Source of the DNA: Candidatus Aenigmatarchaeota archaeon
GTDB taxonomy: Archaea; Aenigmatarchaeota; Aenigmatarchaeia; GW2011-AR5; JACRAC01
Length of the DNA stretch: 64,000 bases
Direction: 5' to 3'
NCBI GenBank assembly: GCA_016187395.1
Contig: JACPJV010000006.1
Coordinates: forward strand, 62,345 to 126,344
Below, one piece after another: positions 60,001 to 64,000 of the stretch (its first letter is position 1; each line of letters opens with the position of its first letter). Under the pieces are notes generated by a model. That model was not told the origin of the DNA, did not search any database, and was given only the letters and a program-made list of their open reading frames with translations. A program made the position numbers and the translations under genes.

Positions 60001-60340
60001 TCAAACCACAAACAAAAATTTCTTATTGCTCTGATGCATATGCATGCTTAAATAAGTTTATGCATACGTGGCTATGTGCCAAAACTAACCTTTCTATATT
60101 TTACAAAACATTAAGGCGGAAAATCGAAGCCTTCTGCTTGTTTGTCGAACCTTGATATGGCTAACAAACGCATTTGATATCGTTTCTAAATAGGAATGAG
60201 TTTTTACATAATCTGCTACTGGATATATCTTTCGAAGTATAGGGTTCTGTCAACTTAGCGCATGATTTCATTGAATCAAGAAGCAGGGAAGCATTTTGTA
60301 GAGGCTTCTATCTATCATACCCTAAGTAAACGCATTCGTC

Positions 60341-60847
60341 CTACTTCATTTTCTTGTAAGCCAGTCCTATTATCGCTACAACCACGATCACTGCGATTAT
60401 ACCAATCAGGGAATCAGCGCTTAATCCCGGCGCAATCCCGCTCAAAAACGGCTGGAAATACTGCCAGCTGGCGTATGCGGCTATGAGAAGAACAGCCAGC
60501 GCAACCATCGCAGGCCATACATCAGTTGTTTGTCCTTCCTTCTTCTTTCCGGGCGAGAATATCTTGTAGATGAACACAACAAAGAACAGTAGGATAAGCA
60601 CTATCGTTACTATCGGCAGCGCCGTCTGCAAAAACGAAAGAAACGGAGAATAACTTGCTGATATCAAGCCGATTACTAATGCGATTAGCGCAAGGATGCG
60701 GCGGTCCGCTTTTTCAACTGCATTCCCCTGTTTATCCTTTTTTACAAACATCCCTGAATAAGAAAGCAGCGCAAAAACCACGGCAAACACGAGCAGAAAC
60801 GCCGACAAGAAAAGCGTCTCTCCGGCAAAAGCAGCATGAAACGGCAT
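60341..60847 (-). CDS. Membrane protein
   Basis: Multiple TM helices; FLLVFAVVFALL. Confidence 0.65.
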   Translation of the reverse strand: MPFHAAFAGETLFLSAFLLVFAVVFALLSYSGMFVKKDKQGNAVEKADRRILALIALVIGLISASYSPFLSFLQTALPIVTIVLILLFFVVFIYKIFSPGKKKEGQTTDVWPAMVALAVLLIAAYASWQYFQPFLSGIAPGLSADSLIGIIAVIVVVAIIGLAYKKMK

Positions 60848-60889
60848 TCAACACACCTCATTCGCTATATCGTCTTGCATATCGTACAC

Positions 60890-61504
60890 CTACATGAATC
60901 TCCTGGCATTGAGAAGCCTTTTCCTCTCACCTTTCAATTCAATCAGCAGTTTTCTAAGCGTATCTGCTTCGTCCTTGCTGCCTGCAGCTCGTGCGCTGAT
61001 CAAATCAGCCTCTGTTTCCCTGATCTCCTCATTTAGTTCCTTCATCCTTCTGTTCGATTCCACATCCAGCCTCGCCTCCAGTCCTGTAGGTATAGGATGC
61101 TCGCCCCTTCTATGCCTATGGCTTAGCTGCAGGGGAAATCCCTGGGCCCTTTCCTGTCTTGGCGCACCGCCTTCACCGCGCCTGAAGTGGCTTGGAATGA
61201 AGTAGAGCAGTCCCAGGACGATTATCAGGAAGAGGAAGTAAGGCCCTGCGAACAGTGCAAAGGCAGCGAACCAGCTGTTTATGACCATGTAGAGGAATAT
61301 TGCCAGGCCAAAGAGCAGCCTTAGCCAGGGCGCGCCGTGCAAGGGCATGCGACCGAGCAGTTGGTAGATGAAGAAAATTATGAATACCATGGGTATGAAG
61401 AAAAACTGCACCACGTCCTGCACAGGGTTGCCTGTGAAGGGCGAGCCCGGGTATTGCTGTATCTGCAGCACTTCCCTGAACAGGATGTACAGGAAATCAG
61501 CCAT
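60890..61504 (-). CDS. Membrane protein with C-terminal coiled coil
   Basis: Three TMs plus charged tail. Confidence 0.6.
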   Translation of the reverse strand: MADFLYILFREVLQIQQYPGSPFTGNPVQDVVQFFFIPMVFIIFFIYQLLGRMPLHGAPWLRLLFGLAIFLYMVINSWFAAFALFAGPYFLFLIIVLGLLYFIPSHFRRGEGGAPRQERAQGFPLQLSHRHRRGEHPIPTGLEARLDVESNRRMKELNEEIRETEADLISARAAGSKDEADTLRKLLIELKGERKRLLNARRFM

Positions 61505-61642
61505 GACTATGCATTGCCTAGGACAATAAAAAGAATATGGATAGTGAACTGATCAAAAAAGCCCCAATAGAAACCTTTAAATACTTGTCGCCTTATCAAT
61601 AAGGTTGGCATTAAAAAGTCACTATTATATAGTAATCAAGAA

Positions 61643-62443
61643 ATGGTGAGAAAAATGGACAAAAAGAACAATGGACCAAAAAGGAGAGAGCCTATAGACG
61701 TCTACCTGGCAGAGCTTGAGGTACATATAGGGGTAAGAGGGCTCGATGAAGACCCGACGTTCGATTCAAGCTGGAGACGTGTCAAAGAGGAAATAGAATC
61801 ATTAAAAGCAAGGGCATTGGGAGACGGTCTTCTGGGATTCGGGCCGCGCAGGGTTTTGGACGCAGACCTTGCAAGGGAAATACCCAGAGCAGTAAGAACA
61901 GGAAGCCCCCTGGCACTAGGTTTCGTAGACGTAGACAAATTTGGAGATTTTAACAACAGATACGGTCACGAAGTAGGCGATCAAGTATTGATAGCAGTGG
62001 GCATGGCAATCAGAAATTCCACACGACCAGAAGACTACCTCTTCAGGCCTGGAGGCGACGAATTGGCATACCTTCTGCCAAGGGCTGACCTGAAAGGAGC
62101 AGAAGTAGTGGCACGAAGAATAAAGGATCATATGGAAGATTATCCGGTGAAGGTTGGAGACAAGAGAATTCCAATTACTCTAAGCCAGGGCGTGACTTAT
62201 TGGGATCCGAAAATACTCCGCACATCCGTATATCCTGGTGAACTTACCCCGGAAATTGTTGAAGGGGTTTCTTCCAGAATCCTCACGCAGGCTGATTTAG
62301 CCGCGTATGCATGCAAGGAAAACGGAAGAGACGGAATATACGCCTGGATAGGCGGAGAGCCTCCAAGGAACAAGGAACTTTTTGATGCCTTGATGAGGGA
62401 AAGACCGGATTTAATGCAAAGCTTCCTCAGGAGGGTTGTATGA
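61643..62443 (+). CDS. GGDEF-domain (diguanylate cyclase-like) protein
   Basis: FVDVDKFGDFNNRYGHEVGDQVL, RPED I-site, RPGGDEL, ADLAAYACKENGRD. Confidence 0.88.
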   Translation: MVRKMDKKNNGPKRREPIDVYLAELEVHIGVRGLDEDPTFDSSWRRVKEEIESLKARALGDGLLGFGPRRVLDADLAREIPRAVRTGSPLALGFVDVDKFGDFNNRYGHEVGDQVLIAVGMAIRNSTRPEDYLFRPGGDELAYLLPRADLKGAEVVARRIKDHMEDYPVKVGDKRIPITLSQGVTYWDPKILRTSVYPGELTPEIVEGVSSRILTQADLAAYACKENGRDGIYAWIGGEPPRNKELFDALMRERPDLMQSFLRRVV

Positions 62444-62459
62444 AGATTTTAAATAGATT

Positions 62460-62885
62460 TTGGAGTTTGAATTGTATGGGTGTGGTGATATGACTGATGC
62501 AGATAGGGCAGAAGACGCAAGAAAATACGCTGAAAGAGCGTCCGCAGTACTAGAAGAGGATGTTATAGCACATCCATTATATTCTGGAAGGTTTCCTGGG
62601 GAAACAGTGGTAATCAGGGGGTATGAGAGTCTTGATGAAGTTCCCCACGAAGTTGTGTTACAAAAACCGTACGTTATTGCTGATCTGCCAGTTCCTCCAG
62701 GCGAAGTATATGCAGGAACAGCATATACGTACAGGCAGATAGTTGATCTTCTGCTTGACAGACTGGATGAAGAACGGGAATCTATACCGCCAGAGGAAAA
62801 AGTACTGAGAATGAAAGTTTCGGTGATCAAAGCAAAAGAACCCGGAGAAAAGGAAAACCCTGCAGTAGCTGGTGTAAGGGATTAA
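62460..62885 (+). CDS. Acidic hypothetical protein
   Basis: ORF following GGDEF gene. Confidence 0.5.
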   Translation: MEFELYGCGDMTDADRAEDARKYAERASAVLEEDVIAHPLYSGRFPGETVVIRGYESLDEVPHEVVLQKPYVIADLPVPPGEVYAGTAYTYRQIVDLLLDRLDEERESIPPEEKVLRMKVSVIKAKEPGEKENPAVAGVRD

Positions 62886-62930
62886 TTCATCCCAACACAT
62901 TCCCGCAACCCGCTCTGCGCCATAAGGCTT

Positions 62931-63350
62931 TCATCCAGGCACGCGGAATTTTTCCAAGCTTATGCGCTTTATGCCTCTCACATTGCCAAAATCCGGATCT
63001 TCGGTAAGGATTTCATGGATTCCATGGTTGCGCATCGTTGCCATGTGTATCGAATCCCTTGGCTTCATCTTTTCGTGGCGCATTATTTCCAGCGCATCCA
63101 GAAATATCCCGCGCGTGGCGTTGTAGATTTCAAGGTCAGGAAGAAGAAAGAAACTTTGCGTGGCTATCAGTGCGGATTCCATGCCTATTTGTTTGCGGAG
63201 TTCCCATACAACCTCATCGAAGGTCAGAACAGAGGATGCAGCCTGCAGCTTGCCGCTCTGTACAGCCTGGATCACTTCCCGTGCCCTTTCGCCCTTGGCT
63301 GTGCCTGCACCTGCAGCATATATGAAAACATTCGCATCCAGATAAATCAT
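62931..63350 (-). CDS. vapC: VapC PIN toxin
   Basis: IYLDANVFIY, TFDEV, PRDSIH, TEDPDF. Confidence 0.9.
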   Translation of the reverse strand: MIYLDANVFIYAAGAGTAKGERAREVIQAVQSGKLQAASSVLTFDEVVWELRKQIGMESALIATQSFFLLPDLEIYNATRGIFLDALEIMRHEKMKPRDSIHMATMRNHGIHEILTEDPDFGNVRGIKRISLEKFRVPG

Positions 63351-63426
63351 GACACACCTCATTGCCGCCGAAGGCAGTGAATCGCTATGACCCGCCACCT
63401 CATCAGCTGCTTCGCCTGTTGGCGGT

Positions 63427-63687
63427 TCATCGCACTCCGATTCCTGCCCTTTTTAGTCTTTCCCTGATTTCCTCCTCGTAGGATTCGTCAGGCCTGAGAA
63501 CAAAAGGTTTTTTCGGAAGTTTTCGGAGTATGCCAACTACGTCCACACGCGGCTTTGCAATGACCAGTTTTCCTTCTTCCTCGCGGAAAACCACGCTCGA
63601 CCCTGAATTTATATTGTATTCGTTTCTGAAGACCTTTGGTATCACAACCTGGCCCTTGATGCCCACCTTTGTCCTGATTTCAACCAT
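63427..63687 (-). CDS. AbrB/MazE-family antitoxin
   Basis: KVGIKGQVVIPKVFR. Confidence 0.9.
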   Translation of the reverse strand: MVEIRTKVGIKGQVVIPKVFRNEYNINSGSSVVFREEEGKLVIAKPRVDVVGILRKLPKKPFVLRPDESYEEEIRERLKRAGIGVR

Positions 63688-63872
63688 CGTTCACACACCT
63701 CACGGTTGCTTGCAGCGGAGGCGAAATGCACGTTGCCGCAGCAACGTGCCATTCACTCGCCGTGCATACGCTTTCATACCTGAGTTATACCAAGTAATAC
63801 TCATGTATCCTTAAATGCTTTTCGGCTAGAATGCAAACTGACGCTCCTGCAGGAGCGTCCATTCTCGCATAC

Positions 63873-64000
63873 TCACCCCATCACGTTCTTCACAATCTCC
63901 TCAGCATCGAATTCCTTCAGGTCTTCGTAGTTTTGTCCAACGCCCAAAAAAAGCACAGGCTTCTTTATCGTGAATGCCGCGCTTATGGCAGCACCGCCTT
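63873..64000 (-). CDS. ftsY: SRP receptor FtsY, C-terminal end (partial)
   Basis: Manual translation GGAAISAAFTIKKPVLFLGVGQNYEDLKEFD. Confidence 0.88.
   Translation of the reverse strand, partial: GGAAISAAFTIKKPVLFLGVGQNYEDLKEFDAEEIVKNVMG

Overview
Chromosomal DNA from an archaeon, probably a reduced DPANN-type lineage (inference from gene content). It carries archaeal housekeeping genes (rpl18e, rpoD-rps11-rps4-rps13, rps28e-rpl7ae, rps27e-aIF2a-nop10-PAC2, gltX, sua5, nre, rpl37e, Sm, ftsY) and two intron-containing tRNAs. A type IV pilus/Tad-like surface locus includes an intein-bearing ATPase, tiny pilin-like ORFs and a ~3,600-aa surface protein with a lytic transglycosylase domain. There are many toxin-antitoxin modules, several small dispersed repeat families, and bacterial-type domains unusual in archaea (sigma-70 region 2, GGDEF). 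The main finding is a diversity-generating retroelement (target 55735-56578, VR 56326-56435, TR 56847-57042, RT 57070-58131). Its template repeat is interrupted by three hairpin inserts (30, 36, 21 nt) absent from the variable repeat. Each insert has the 3-4-3 bulge-helix-bulge geometry of archaeal introns, which suggests the template RNA is spliced by the tRNA-splicing machinery before mutagenic reverse transcription. All alignments and folds were done by eye; no searches were run.
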